64,000 nt of DNA, taken from NCBI RefSeq assembly GCF_028641065.1, contig NC_073381.1, forward strand, positions 23,870,001-23,934,000, given 5' to 3'. Position numbers and translations under genes: made by a program. A model generated the notes under the pieces. It was given only the letters and a program-made list of their open reading frames with translations, did not search any database and was not told where the DNA came from. The stretch is from Leucoraja erinacea (taxonomy: Eukaryota). This document shows positions 37,895-51,130 of the stretch, one piece after another (position 1 is the stretch's first letter; every line of letters begins with the position of its first letter).

Positions 37895-38650
37895 AATACT
37901 TTGTTAGCCAAGTATGTTTTACAACATACAAATAATTTCATTTGCCAAATTAGTCATACAAATAAAAAGCAACAGAACACACAAAATACATTTTAACATA
38001 AACATCCACCACAGTGAGTGAACCCTCCACATTCCTCACTGTGATGAAAGGCGAAAAAAAAGTTCAATCTCTCCCTTCTTCGTTCTCCCGAGGTCGGGGG
38101 CCTTCTGTTGATGTGGCGATCTTAACTCCCGTAGCCGGTGGTCGAGCCCTCCGCATTGGGGCGAACAGCTCCTGTATCAGGGGGGATTCTCAGCTCCCTC
38201 ACGCTGGCGATCGGACCCCGGGTCGGGACTGGTCGAACGTCATGCGGCTTCTGGACCTCACTACTCGCTCTCTCCATAGACTGCGAGCCTTTGATGGTAA
38301 AGTCCGCAGGCCGCGGTTGAAGCGATCCCAGGCAAGGGGTCAGCCTTGATGGTAAGTCCATGCCCCATGGTGGGGCTCAAAGCCAGACCCAAGGAGGCCT
38401 CTATCTCCATGTTAGGCCGCTGAGCGACGGGTGAGATGACCCAAATAACAAACGCATCTCTGGCAGGGTAAGCGACTGAAAAAAACAGTTCTCTCTCCCC
38501 CTCCCCCCTCCCCCTCCCCCCCCCCCCCCCCCCCACATAAAACAAACCAGAGAACATTTTCACAAACATTTAAAACACACTAAAAATAACAAAGAAAAAG
38601 ATGTAAAAACAGAGGCTGTTGACGAGGCTGCTCATCGTACGGAACACCTA
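37895..38650 (-). mobile_element. Non-autonomous GC-rich retroposon (family of 8778-9502)
   Basis: shared caagtatgtttt, aacatccaccac..ttcctcactgtgatg, ggtggggctcaaag, ccaaggaggcctc, atcgtacgg motifs. Confidence 0.65.
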
Positions 38651-40509
38651 GCAGCCTCCCTTTATTTTCAGACCTGCATAAAAAAAAATCTATCAAAAAA
38701 TATTAAAAAGCAGAGGAGACATTGTTACGATATGTTTGTTCTCACTAGGGGATCATCCAGTCTTCTATTAACAATGTTCTTGTACCGTACCTGGTGCTCT
38801 GCCGTGCCCAGAGCAGATACAAGTAGCAAGATTATCACAAAGTGAAGTGGCAGTCAAATCCCTTGAGGGTTGTTGATCCACTGCTCTAGAAGATAAAGCA
38901 CAGAGAGGCCAGCAGGCAATGCTGGCATCAGGCTTTGAAGTAAAATTAGATTCCCTCCAGGAGAGAAAAGGAATCAATTCCAATATGACAAATGGAACAC
39001 AGTGAAATGTGTGTCCAATGATCAGTTATGACACGAGGTTGAAATAGAAGCACCTTTCCTGCTAATCAGAAATGTCATTCCTGTGCATTGTGAACAGATG
39101 ATTGCTTTTAATTAACACCAAATCATTCATTGTCGCCAGCACAGCCCTCTTCCTTCTATTCTTCTGATCACTGAGAATACGAGAATTGTTGATTGCAAGA
39201 GTCAATTTATAAACAGCTCAGAACAAGAGGGTTAGCAGAAATTGGCCCGGGTCAGCTTTTCCCTTCCCTTCCCCCTGTCTTCCTATAGCCCTGATTAAAG
39301 TATCCAACCTCTGATTTGAACATTCTCAGCAACTGAGCTTCTCTGCCTTGATAGAGAATTTTCAAAGATTCACATTCCTCTGCATAAGAAATTTCATTTC
39401 ATCACTATCCTAAATGACTAGTCCCTTTTCACAAATCTTTGACCTCTAGTTTTAGACACCACAACCAAAGTAACTATACTAATTCATTCATCATCGTTGA
39501 AAACATTAGCGATGCAGTGGTGCTGGTTTCCAACGGGAACAGTGACAGACGCACCGCACATCTGTGTCCTCCGATTCCTGCGGACTTCTGCTGCTGGAAG
39601 TGTAGGATTTTGATGTGTGTGCTTTATCATCATTCCTTACAATGCTATGTACAACAGTGATCTCAACTTCTACTGAAGTGTGGATGACCATTGGCACGCT
39701 AGAATCTCATCCGCCCTTTGACAGGTCTTGTTTTTGGTCCTGCTGGAGGTCCACAGCCCCCTCTTCACCTGGTAAACCAGGTGGGGGAGATGGTTTAGTC
39801 GCCGACTATCCGACCATGGAGCAGATAGCACGGGATTACACGATACCCTAGGCGGGGGTAAGTCCCCCCGACCTGACCGTCAGGGTGAGATGGCATGATT
39901 ACTAGTGGCATGATTCAATGTGGTCTTATCTCTTCTTTTGAACTCTTGGGAATGATGCTCAAGGCTGTACTTGTTGAAAAAAATACTTACTCCTAGTTAG
40001 CCCCTAACGTCTATGTTCACCATCTAAGGCAAAAGTATTCTTCTTTGACCAAAACTGTACACAATTTTCTGGGTGCAGTCTCACCAATTCTCAATGAAAT
40101 TAGTTCTAAGACATTATCAGTCTGTTTTCTTTGAGCTGTTAATTTCCTGATTTTTTTTAGAGCCTTTAATAAAATATAAATCTGGCACTGGTATGTTGCC
40201 AAAGAAAATTGAATTGTTATGTAAGTTAAGACTCCACTAAAATAAATAATTTAGAACAAACAAGCCAAATTGGCAGGCATGCAATCTCCTTTGAAATCTA
40301 TCAGTTTTTGATCCTGATGTCTGACGAGTTAGAATCTCAAGCTGGAGAATTCCAGCAAGACTGGCTCTTATCTTTAGACTTCATGTGTGGAGCCAACTGA
40401 TATTATTTCCATTCACACCCAGTATTTGTTCCCACTCCTTTTCAAATCTCTCAATGCACAATTGAGAAATCTAGGATTCATTTCAAACCAAATAATGGTG
40501 GTTTTGGAA

Positions 40510-41240
40510 CAGCATGGTGGAGTGGTGGTAGAGTTACTGCCTTACAGCGCCAGTGACCCTGGTTCGATCCTGACTACAGGTGCTGTCTGTGCAGAGTCTG
40601 TGCATTCTCCCTGTGGTGACATAGGTTTCCTCCCAATTGCCAAAGTCTTACTGGTTTGTAGAATAATTGGCTTTGGTAAAAAAAATTGTAAAATTGTCCC
40701 ATGTGTGTTAATGTATGGGGATCACTAGTCGGCATGGACTCAGTGGGTCAAAGGGCCTGTTTCCACACTGTATCTCTCAACTAAACTTGTCGAGACCAGC
40801 CAGTCAAAATCAGCTTTGCTTGCCCCATTACTTGTTCTACCTCTGGTCCAATCCTGTGATTATCCTTGCTAGATTCTAAAATCCTACCATTATATTTTTT
40901 TGTAAACATTGTAAAGCTCATTCTTTGATACTTGGGTAGCTCAGTAGTGTGACTGGTGGATCTGCTGGCACACAGCACCCAAGACCCGGGTATGATCCAG
41001 ACCTTGGCTGCTGTCCATGTGGAGTTTGCCTATTGTGCCTGTGACTGTATGGGTTTCCTCCAGATGCTCCGGTTGTCTCCCACATTCCTTAGATGTACTG
41101 ATATGTAGGTTAATAAACCTCTATAAATTGCCCCTAATGTGTAGGGAGTAATGAGAAAGTGGGATAACACAGAAGTAGTTTGAGTCAGGGTGGACTCAGT
41201 GAACCAAAGGTTTTGTCTCGATTATGAATCTCTCAGCTAA
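40510..41240 (+). mobile_element. Two tRNA-derived SINE copies (40510-40786, ~40930-41240)
   Basis: ggtagagttactgccttacagc, ggttcgatcc, gggcctgtttccacactgtatctct. Confidence 0.75.
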
Positions 41241-42154
41241 AATATTTTTTACTTCTCTCTGTAAACCATGTAGAACAGCTTTATTATGAATTTTGTTTAT
41301 TCTCTTGGGGATTATGAATTTTTTTAAATGTTTGTGATGTAATCTTTCATTATGTTGTTTATGAAATTTTGTCAATCTGCCTTGCCAACCTTCCCCTTTA
41401 AGACCATTTAATTTGTTTTAAAATCCTAGTTTTAACAACATTAACTAAATTCTCAGTCAATACAAAGTCCCATCACATCATGTTAACACTTCCCCAGAGA
41501 ATTCCCTTTATTACAAGGTTGTTATAAGCCCTATCACACATTGCACTTTAAATGGAATAGAAATTCCCTCGATAGTTCCTTATCAATATGCTATGGACAT
41601 CTATCTTAAATGCCTTCCATGAACTTATCCTTTTATAACACATTTTTTCGTGTCCCCTCGATGGACATGAATGGACCACAGATAGGCTAACTAACATTTC
41701 CACACTGTCTGTGTGTTCGGCATACGAAAACATCTCAAGCTCATGTCAGATTGCAAACCATATCTCTTAAGCATCGGCCTGCTGTGAGTCAGGACTTAAC
41801 TCTTTTTAGACCATGCTTTTAATTTTCAAAACGTTGTTTATATTTTTATGACATTAGTGAAGGCTGGCTCTCATTTGTATTCGCAGCAACTAAATCTTAA
41901 ACTTTATACATCAATGGTTCAACGGTGCTTTATTGTCACGTGTGCACTGTATGGTGAAATTATTTTTGCGGAGATCACACATGCATGAGCCGCCATATTT
42001 AGGTGCCATTTACAAAAAGTCCATGGTCTAGATATACTGAAGTGACACCTCGATCACATTGACTATGGCTACTACTTCTCAGCAGTTTGTTTGAAGTCTA
42101 CACTCTCCTCTGATTATTCTGCTACCCGGATCATACTTTCTCATCATCAAATTC

Positions 42155-43958
42155 GTGAAAACCATCAGGAAAGCCAAGAGAGACTACAGACACAAAGTGG
42201 AATCTAACTACTACAGCTCTGACCCCAGACGCATGTGGGGTGGATTATGCTGCATCACAGATTACAAAGGGAAAAACAGGAGCACTGTTCAGCCTGCTGC
42301 GTCGCTTCCGGGCGAGCTTAACACCCTTTACACCCGGTTCGATGCAGACAACACAGCGCCCACCATGAGTCCACAGGTGTGCAGGGGGACTACCACACTG
42401 ACCCTACAAACGGCAGACACGAGGCGGTCCTTCAAAACGGTCAATGACCGCAAAGCTCCAGGGCCGGATGGTATTCCAGGGCGGGCTCTCAGGGCGTGCG
42501 CTGATCAACTGGCAGAGGTGTTCACCAACATCTTCAACCTCTCCATGAGTCAGTCTGTGGTTCCCACCCCCTTCAAAGCATCCACCATCATTCCTGTTCC
42601 AAATAAACCAGTAACCTCCTGTTTAAATGACTATCGTCCTGTCGCACTGACATCAGTCACCATGAAGTGCCTCAAGCGACTAGTCAAAACTCACATCTGC
42701 CCCTCTCTCCCTGACACCTTGGAACCGCTTCAGTTTGCATATAGACCAAACAGGGCCACGGGTGATGCCATTGCCATGGCAACACACACTGCGCTCGCCA
42801 ACCTGGACAAAGGGAATACATATGTGAGAATGCTCTTCATTGACCACAGCTCGGCATTCAACACCATAATTCCCTCAAAAATCGTCCCCAAGCTCCTTGA
42901 TCTTGGACTGGAGACCTACATCTGCGGCTGGATAATTGACTTCCTGACGGGCAGGCCCCAGGTGGTGAGTATTGACAGCCGCACCTCTTCCTCACAGATC
43001 CTCAACAGAGGCGCACCACAGGGCTGTGTGCTCAGTCCTCTCCTGTACTCCCTGTTCATGCACGACTGTAATGCCAAGCACAGCTCAAACATCATCCAAA
43101 CGTTTGCTGATGACACAACCATCCTGGGCCTCATCACAGACAACAATGAGATGCCCTACAGAGAGGAGGTAAGGGCACTATATAGCTGGTGCCAGGAAAA
43201 TAACATCTCTTTCAATGTCAGCAAAACTAAAGAGATGATCGTGGACTACAGGAGACAGCAGGGGAGTGGACACCTCCCCATCCACATCAATGATGCTGAA
43301 AATGAAAGGGTCAGCAGCTTCAAGTTCCTCGGTGTGCACATCACTGAGGACCACCCTTGGACACTGCACCCGGACACAATAACTAAGAAAGCCCGGCAGT
43401 GGCTCTTTTTCATGAGAAGACAGAGGAAGTTTGGCATGAATGGCAGCTTCCACAGAGGCACCCTGGAGAGCCTGCTGATGGGCTGCATCATAGTCTGGTA
43501 CAGAAACTGTTCTGCCCAATGCTGCAAATCACTACAGAGAGTGGTGAAGGCGGCACAGCACATCACTGGCAACTGTCTCCTGGCCATTCAGGACATTTTC
43601 CACCGGCGGTGCCTGCAGAAGGCACAAAGCATCATCAAGGACCACAGCCACCCAGCACGCAGACTCCTTGTTACCATCAGGCAAGCGATACAGGAGCATG
43701 GCTGCATGCACCACCAGACATGAACTGTTTTTACCATCAGGCCATCAGGCTTCTGAACTCATAAACACATTTCATATCATATATGTTAATTATTTTATTA
43801 TTGTCTTTTTACCTTACCAATGACATTTTTATCTTATTTTATCCTTGTTATATTATTGCTGAGGTGACCCGTTGTCTTGTCAAACACATTTCATTGCACT
43901 GTTGACCCGGTGTTAACCTACATATGGCAAATAAAACTGAATTGAAAACTGAATTGAT
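42155..43958 (+). mobile_element. Rex1/Babar LINE, 5'-truncated, with a 522-codon open RT frame (42155-43723)
   Basis: KAPGPDGIPGRAL, LNDYRPVALTS, LQFAYRPNR, RMLFIDHSSAFNTI, GAPQGCVLSPLLYSL, FADDTTI; aataaa + (aactgaattg)n tail. Confidence 0.93.
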
Positions 43959-44479
43959 TTGCAATACTTATGCACAGGAGATAAGACCAGTCAAAATCTG
44001 TTCTTATCTCAATGCCAGTAGCTGTAATTCTTTTCACTGTTCCTACTGCTTAAATCATGTTGTATCACAAGAGACTTCACGCTTGCTTCACTCATTAGAA
44101 TAAAAGTAACATCAGCATGAAAAGGCCCTTTGGCCTCTTGCACTGACTTAGTTGCTGAATAACCATTCATCTCAGTCCCATTTTCATAATTACAATGATT
44201 CCTTTAATATTTCAAAATCTATTAATCACTTTCTTAAATATACTCAATAACTCAGCATCAACAGCTCTTCTGTGAAAATTACAAAGATTAACTATTCCCT
44301 TGTGTAGAAATTTCTTCTAATTTCAGTTCCCTCATGGAACAACCTCCCCACCAAGAAGCCAATCTTTCATTCCATTTTGTGCAGATATATTCTTCTTTGG
44401 TTGGGTGAGCTGATGTGTACGATATATTGCAGGTTTGGCTTCACAAGGAATCTGTATACTTGCAATAAGATTCCTGTAA

Positions 44480-45244
44480 GGGCCTATCCCATTTGGGCGA
44501 TTTTTCAGCGGACTGCCGGCAACTATCAAGTTCGCGGCACTCGCTGAAAAACCGGAAACAGGAACAGCGAGGTCATAGTGGAACACACAAACGCACACAC
44601 AAACAAATCGCAAAGGCGGCGGCCAGGGAAAGAGTGGAAGCGCTGTCCGAAATTCACATGGTGCAAAGCCAAGGTGATACAGGCACACACCGCGATGAAC
44701 TGGAAGGTTAAGACGGCTAGCACGGTGTACGGTAAGTCCTTTAAAAGAAGGGGGGAGGGGAGAAGGAGGGGGGGGGGCGAGAAGGGGGGAGAAGGAGTGG
44801 AGACACTTTTCAGAAGCCAGACAACTTTTAATAAGCCAGAGATACACAGCTGTTAAGTTCGGCAGGCATTTAACATTACCGGTGTGTTCTCCTTGGTTCT
44901 GAAAGCTTGTGCTTCCTTTTTTTTCCCCCCAATGAGCCAATGAAAATGCCCGGTCAGCAAAGGCGATTAACTAAAACTACCTATGACCAGCTCGGCTACC
45001 TATGACTACATGGCGACCCCACTACAACTGCACCTATGACTACAAAAGTATAGATTTTCTCCATGGCGACCAACTTTTGGTCGCAAAAATTTTTTAATCA
45101 TGTTGAAAGTGAGGCAGCGACTAGTTCCCAGAATGCGGGAACTCCTCGCAACCATGAAGGAGATTCACCAGAGACCACCGGCGATCACGTGATGATCATG
45201 TGGTGATCATTTGCCTAAAAAGTTGCCTAAGTGGGACAGGCCTT
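44480..45244. mobile_element. Complete MITE (PIF/Harbinger-like TIRs)
   Basis: left agggcctatcccatttgggcgattttt; right aaaagttgcctaagtgggacaggcctt; no coding capacity. Confidence 0.75.
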
Positions 45245-45440
45245 CACTCTTGTACTCAAATTCAATTAAGGCCAATGCATTAATTGGCAGCAAATAAACA
45301 CATTGCTGGAAGAACTCATTTGGCCAGGCAGCATCTGTCGTGGGAAGCAGACCGATGACATATCATGACAGGACACTTCTGCAGACTGATCATTTGCCTT
45401 CCTAACCATTTGTGGTCCCTTCTCATTCCAAGTAGATGTT

Positions 45441-45621
45441 AGAAACATAGAAACATAGGAATTAGGTGCAGGAGTAGGCCATTCGGCCCTTCGAGCCTGC
45501 ACCGCCATTCAATATGATCATGGCTGATCATCCTACTCAGTATCCCGTACCTGCCTTCTCTCCATACCCCCTGATCCCCTTAGCCACAAGGGCCACATCT
45601 AACTCCCTCTTAAATATAGCC
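45441..45621 (-). mobile_element. CR1 3' end fragment
   Basis: near-identical to 19632-19805. Confidence 0.85.
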
Positions 45622-46840
45622 GTATAAATGTTGCCGTGCCTTCGGTACAGAATGATCCTACAGCAGGTAGGAGGATTAAATAAGCAGAGAGATGCAAGAA
45701 AAGAGAATTAATTAAAACTAATTCAATTTCTTACATCCACATAGATAAATGTAAACGTAAACAGATATTGTAAAGACTATAAATGAAAAATGGAGAGAAA
45801 ATGCAGGAAAATGCAGGAAATAATAGGTCAGGTTGCATCTGATAGAACAAATCCCCTAGAAACATTCCCTCTCTCAACTGAAAACTATGCCTTTCAGAAT
45901 TTGATATTTATATCCTGGGAAAAAAGATTCTGACTGTCTACCTTATCTATGCCTCTCACAATTTTTTGAACTTCTATCAGGTTCTACCTCAGGCTCTGAC
46001 AGTCTGGAGAAACTGTTCCAAGTTTGTCCAACCTATCCTTATGGTTAATACACTCTAATCCAGGGTGAATCTTTTCTGCACCCTTTCTCAAGCCTCCATT
46101 CCTTTCCTTCAATGGGGTGACCAGAACTGCACACAATACCAAATTACCAAGCCCAACCAAAATGTTATGAAAACTTCAATGTGATTTCCTGAGTCTTATA
46201 CTCAATGCCTTCACCGATGAAGGCAAGCAAATCATATGCCTTCTTTACCACTTTAGTTACATGTGTAGTCGCCGTCAGGTAGCAAAAGCTATGACATTAC
46301 TTATTTTAACATATTATTTTCATAAAAAGACAACTCCTTTTTGAATATTGAAGGGTTTTACAAATTATTGCACTATGCACATCAGATTCAGATCAAATGT
46401 TCAGAGGCTGCTGGCAACCATTCTTATGTTTTGTGCATGTATTCACTTAGTCTGAAACTTGTGAAATATTAGACTGGTGATAGAAATGTATGCATTGCAT
46501 GCTTGCAAGCAGAATGATTGTTGTTGCTCTGACAAACCCATTATTCCATAAGAGTTCTCCTGAGAATCTTGCCACCACTTGAAGGAACGGAACCAGTGAT
46601 TTTTTTTTTCCGACCGTTTTAGTCATTTCCCATGGGGTTCTGGTGAACTGTCCCAGGAGTTACAGGCAGTATTTTGTAAAGGAAAGATACATCAAACACA
46701 TTGGTTTTCAATTCTGCATTTCTGCAAGTGCGATGTTTTAATTTAGTTAGTAAGTGAGGTCTTTTTTTAATAAAGGGCATTGAAATTAGAAATATATTTC
46801 TGTGAGAGTACAACATTCATAATTACAACAGTACAGTGTT

Positions 46841-47450
46841 AAGGGCCTGTCCCACTTGCGTGTCCTTGGCATGCAAATTACGCGACCTCATGGTCGCGTT
46901 GAGCCGAGGTGGCACTGCGAAGGTCGGGCGCGATTACATGCATACGCACAGCCGTCTGGAGCGCGTGACGTCATTTGAAGATGGACACAAAGCTGGAGTA
47001 ACTCAGCGGGACCGGCAGCATCTCTGGAGAGAGGCAATGGGTGACGTTTCACGTTGAGACTCTACTTCAGTCTGAAAAGAAGGGTCTTGACCCGAAACGT
47101 CACCCATTGCTTCTCTCCTGAGATGCTGCCGGTCCCGCTGAGTTACTCCAACATTTTGTGTCTATCTTCAATTTTCTTGGCCCCGCTCTGGGAGTAGAAG
47201 TGGGGGCGGAACCGGACCGCGGCGGCCGTGAGCCCCAGGCCGTGTTTGGCGAACGTTTGCCTGCTTCTGCTGCTGTTGAAGGTGAGACGTTGCATCGCGC
47301 CAGGGTCTTGGGCCTGTCCCACTTTGGCCGTCAGTTCCGCGACAGGCCGTTGGCACGTGAAGATTTCGTTCACTACAAATATTTCGGAACCCCGCGCGAT
47401 GTCACGCGCAACTACATACCCCTCCGCGCTTCTAAGTGGGACCAGCCCCT
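46841..47450. mobile_element. MITE (GGGCCTGTCCCACTT TIR) carrying a ~197-bp palindromic Penelope-repeat cassette (46975-47171)
   Basis: tt|aagggcctgtcccactt ... aagtgggaccagcccct; internal inverted arms centred on ttcag-t-ctgaa at 47071. Confidence 0.75.
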
Positions 47451-47489
47451 CGCGGCCATACGATACCCGTGCGCCTCAATGCGATAAGT

Positions 47490-50400
47490 ATAGTGACTGG
47501 ACCCTCTGTGCAGCTACAAGTGCCATCAACATGAGTGTTTTGAGCATAGATGGTTCCAGGTTGAAGGATCTGGCTGGTGGCCATCCCCTGAGGTATGTCA
47601 GGACCACACTGACATCCCATATATGGGTGTACCTTGGTCTAGGGGTTTAGAGTTGTAAATACCCTTCATTAGTTTGACCACCAGCTGGTGGGACCCCATG
47701 GCCTGTTGTCCTGGAGCTGGTTTTGAAATAGACAGGCAAGGCAATTCTAGCTGTGTTGATGGCTCTGTAGCTGAAGTCCTTCATCGTGGTGAAGGTTCAC
47801 CAGGAATTCCAGTACGTGGGTAACTGTAGCGGTTGAGTAGGTGGTCCCTGTATCCAAGCAGTACTTCTCCCATTTTTTGATGCTGGACAAGTGCTGTTTT
47901 TTAGTGGATGTTCAGAGGGATGCTGACATGGTGTCGACGGTTTGTTATTATAATCCCAGTCCCGGAAATGGTTTGTGCAGCATCTGCAACCCAGGAGTTT
48001 GATTTTCTCATGGCATGGGTGGCTTGTGCCCGACACTGGGTGTTAACAACTCTGGGTCACTGGGGAATACCATCGGAGTTTCAACAACCATGTCATGGAG
48101 TATTGGGAACCATGGCTGTGTAGGCCAGTCGGGTACTATCAAAATACCTGAAGCAGTGTCCATTTGTACTGTGCGTAGTCCCCGACTGATGAGGCAGAAG
48201 GGAGGAAATGCATAGAAGAAGAATTTCCCCAATCCAGCGCGAACGCATCTACCGCTGCTGCCTCAGGGTCTGGTTCCCAAGCGACTTACATAGGTACCTG
48301 GTGATTTAGCCTCGATGCAAATAAATCGATATCTGGCGTGCCATATTGCTTGATACCTTTTGTGAAAAATGTTTTGGGGTTTTAACATGCATTCGATGTT
48401 GTCATTAAATTTACGTGACCTGGTGTCTGCCACTTTATTTAGCTTACCTGGCAGGTAAGTGACTGATAGCCAAATATGTCTTTGGACACACCATTGTCAA
48501 ATTGTGTTGACCAACTTGTCGCATGATACCGATTTTATGCCGCCCATATGGTTAATGTAGGCCACCACCGTAGTATTATCTATTTATAACCATACATGCA
48601 AGTGATGCATATTTATGCATATGCTTTTAAACCATAAAAGTCACCCAACATCTCTAGATAATTAATGCCCAGTGTAAATGGCAACGATGATTCTGGGTTA
48701 GTCCATCTACTATTTGTGCTGGATATAGAGTTAGTTGCTCCCCAGCCTTGAGCACTGGCATCTGTTTGGATAACTGACGTAGGGTTAGTGATGATAATAG
48801 GCTGAAACTATGTCAAACGTTTTTTGCCCACCACTGTAGTTCTGATATTACTTCAGTGGGTAACTTCATGAAACGATCATAATGACCTGTATGCCGTTTT
48901 TGGTACAAAGGTCCGAATTATGTAGCTGGAAATGCTGCTACCATTATCCCAATTACTCTGTTACTTGTCGAGTAGTTGGTAGTTTGTTGACCAGTAAATT
49001 GTTGCATGATTGTGCCAATTCAACTATGTTGTCTCTTAGCAATGTTACAGTCACGTAGACTGAATTAATTATGAAGCCCAAGTAGTCCATGATAGAGGAT
49101 GGCTTCAACTTAGATTTATCTGGATGTAAGACAACCCCAGGGTTTTGAATAACTGTTTGGTAGCTAAACAGCTAACAAAGTCAAATTCATGGTCTTGCCT
49201 ACCATTTAGGATATTATCAAGATATGCCATGACAATATGTTTTTGTCTTCTGAATATTGCCAAAGCTGGTTTTAGTGTCTGGGTGACACTCTTGGGCTGA
49301 TGTGAGACCATTGGGTAACACTTTAAACTGCAATAGCTGCCCCATCCAGGTAAATTTCAGGTATCTACAATGATCCTTGTGAATGGTACTAAATAGTAAA
49401 CATCTTTAAGATGAATGCTTGCCATGAAGTATCCTTTGGAATTTAGTTGTTTGGCAGTAACAACCGGTTCCATTTTGAAATGTATATACTTAACAAACAT
49501 ATTTAGTGAAGTTAAGTCAATGATGATGCGACATCCACCATCTTTTTTGGGTTTAGTGAATATATTTGATACGAATTGCAAGGGTTCAGGTTTTCCCAGG
49601 ATACCCTTTGTAATTATTCTCACCAGTTCAGCTTGTCCCTCTTGTTTCTTTAACGGAGAGGGAAAAATACCCTCTGGGGTGAACGTTGACCTGGTGGCAA
49701 TTTTTCTCGTGTGAATTGTATTCACTAATGCCATTGAGTATATACTGATCACTCGTGATAGACTCCCATGTGGTAGTATTACTCTATATACTGGTAGGAA
49801 CCAGACCCACCTACCTCCATGGTTATGGGTATTCTTCTGTTTCCTGCCGGTCCAACTAGTGTTGCACGTCGTCTGATGTGGCGGTGACATTGGGGGGTGG
49901 CACATTTTCCATGGGGTCCGCTCTGGGCCCTGGTCTAAAGAAGACTTTCGGTGATAGAATGCGGACCCCGAGCTTTCATCAGTCCGATATGGTAGACGTT
50001 GACTGATGGACGCGATAGGGTGCTGCTGTGTAGGAATTACTGTTTTTTATTACGCGTCCCGGTCCTGCCCTCATGAGCTGAAAGTTTTGTAAAACCTCTT
50101 GCATGCCTTCATATGCTTTGTGAGGTTTTTTTCCCCAAAGAGCAGTGGGTCTGGCTCAGTGGCTGGGGTATGCACAACCCCGCAATGTAGGATTTTTATG
50201 GCAGGTCTTATGACTTGTTTACGAAGGTTGTGGTCATCTCCGTATTTGTCCACGGAACGAGGAAAATGATGTGATGGTTGACATCAGGCTTTTAACGGCT
50301 TCCTGCACATGGGGTTTCCATGTGGCTGTCCACCACACCTAGCAGCACTTCCTGTTCCTGCACCCTTTGCATACTCCGGAGATCTTCAGCCATTGCCCCA

Positions 50401-51130
50401 GTTCCTGACCAGCCCAGCCCTGGTCACCAAAACTATCCTCTGGAAAGGAGGAAGCAATGGACAGTGCACAAGGCACTGTGGAGGGAGTGCCTGACCTCCC
50501 TCTGCGAGAACGCCCCTCCTGGGGTGCACCTCGCTGGAGCTCCTGCTCCGAGAGCCGCTCCATGTGGCTCAGGCGGCTGTCTCTCCCCCGCCTGGGTGGA
50601 GAGACGTCCCCATCCGATAGGTCGGAGCCATCGGCCGGAAAGCCTCCTCCTTGGCTTGTACATCCAGCCCGCTGCTCAGGCGCTAGCGGGGCTGTGCTCG
50701 GTCACGGTGTCGGGGTAGCGGACCGTCCGGTAAGCGGTCCTACCGCCTTGTTGCTGCCCCCGCGAGATGAAACGCTCCTCCGTGAAGTCGAGAGGGGGCA
50801 GGTCTGTGCAGGCGGCTGTCTTTCCTCCCGGGCGGGTGGAAAGACGTCCCGTCCGATAAGTCGGAGCCACCGGCCGGATGCCTCCGTGGCGTTACTTCCA
50901 GCCCGCTGCTGAGGCGCTAGCGGGGCTGGGGGCGCGGTTTCGGGATAGCGGAGCGCTGGGTTAGCGGTCCTCTACCGCCTTATTGCTGCCCCCGCGATGG
51001 AAAACGCTCCTCCGTGGAGTCGAGCGGGGTACAGGTTTGTTGCAGAGCCTTTCTTCTCTGCCGGACAGCAGAAGGCTCCCTGTGAAAGAAAACTGACGTC
51101 AGCTTACCTGACGGTCCGTTCTTTCACCTC
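47490..51130 (-). mobile_element. DIRS1-like tyrosine-recombinase retrotransposon, decayed (gag-like region, RT, RNase H, methyltransferase-like domain, truncated YR)
   Basis: FVSNIFTKPKKDGGCRIIIDLTSLN..HFKME and MAYLDNIL (RT); QTDASAQGWGA and DNTTVVAYINHMGG (RNase H); IDLFASR, YAFPPF, ILIVPDWPTQPWFP (MT-like); PRPRYTHIWDVSVVLTYLR, LMALVAAQRVQSL (YR N-part). Confidence 0.9.
50571..51045. repeat. Two-copy ~239-bp GC-rich tandem duplication in the DIRS 5' region
   Basis: aggcggctgtct...agacgtcc...gtcggagcca...ccagcccgctgct.aggcgctagcgggg...ttgctgcccccgcga...aaacgctcctccgtg repeated at 50571 and 50810. Confidence 0.85.

Noticed and set aside
42155-43723. 522-aa ORF as a host gene or novel reverse-transcriptase system
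   Set aside because: Standard 5'-truncated Rex1/Babar LINE ORF2 with a microsatellite tail, no endonuclease domain and substitutions in conserved motifs
48008-48400. Bacterial or phage methyltransferase contamination or HGT
   Set aside because: Collinear with RT, RNase H and YR of a DIRS element, where this domain is a normal component
50309-50912. Overlapping GC-rich ORFs as independent genes
   Set aside because: They fall within the DIRS leader/gag tandem duplication; long ORFs are expected at high GC
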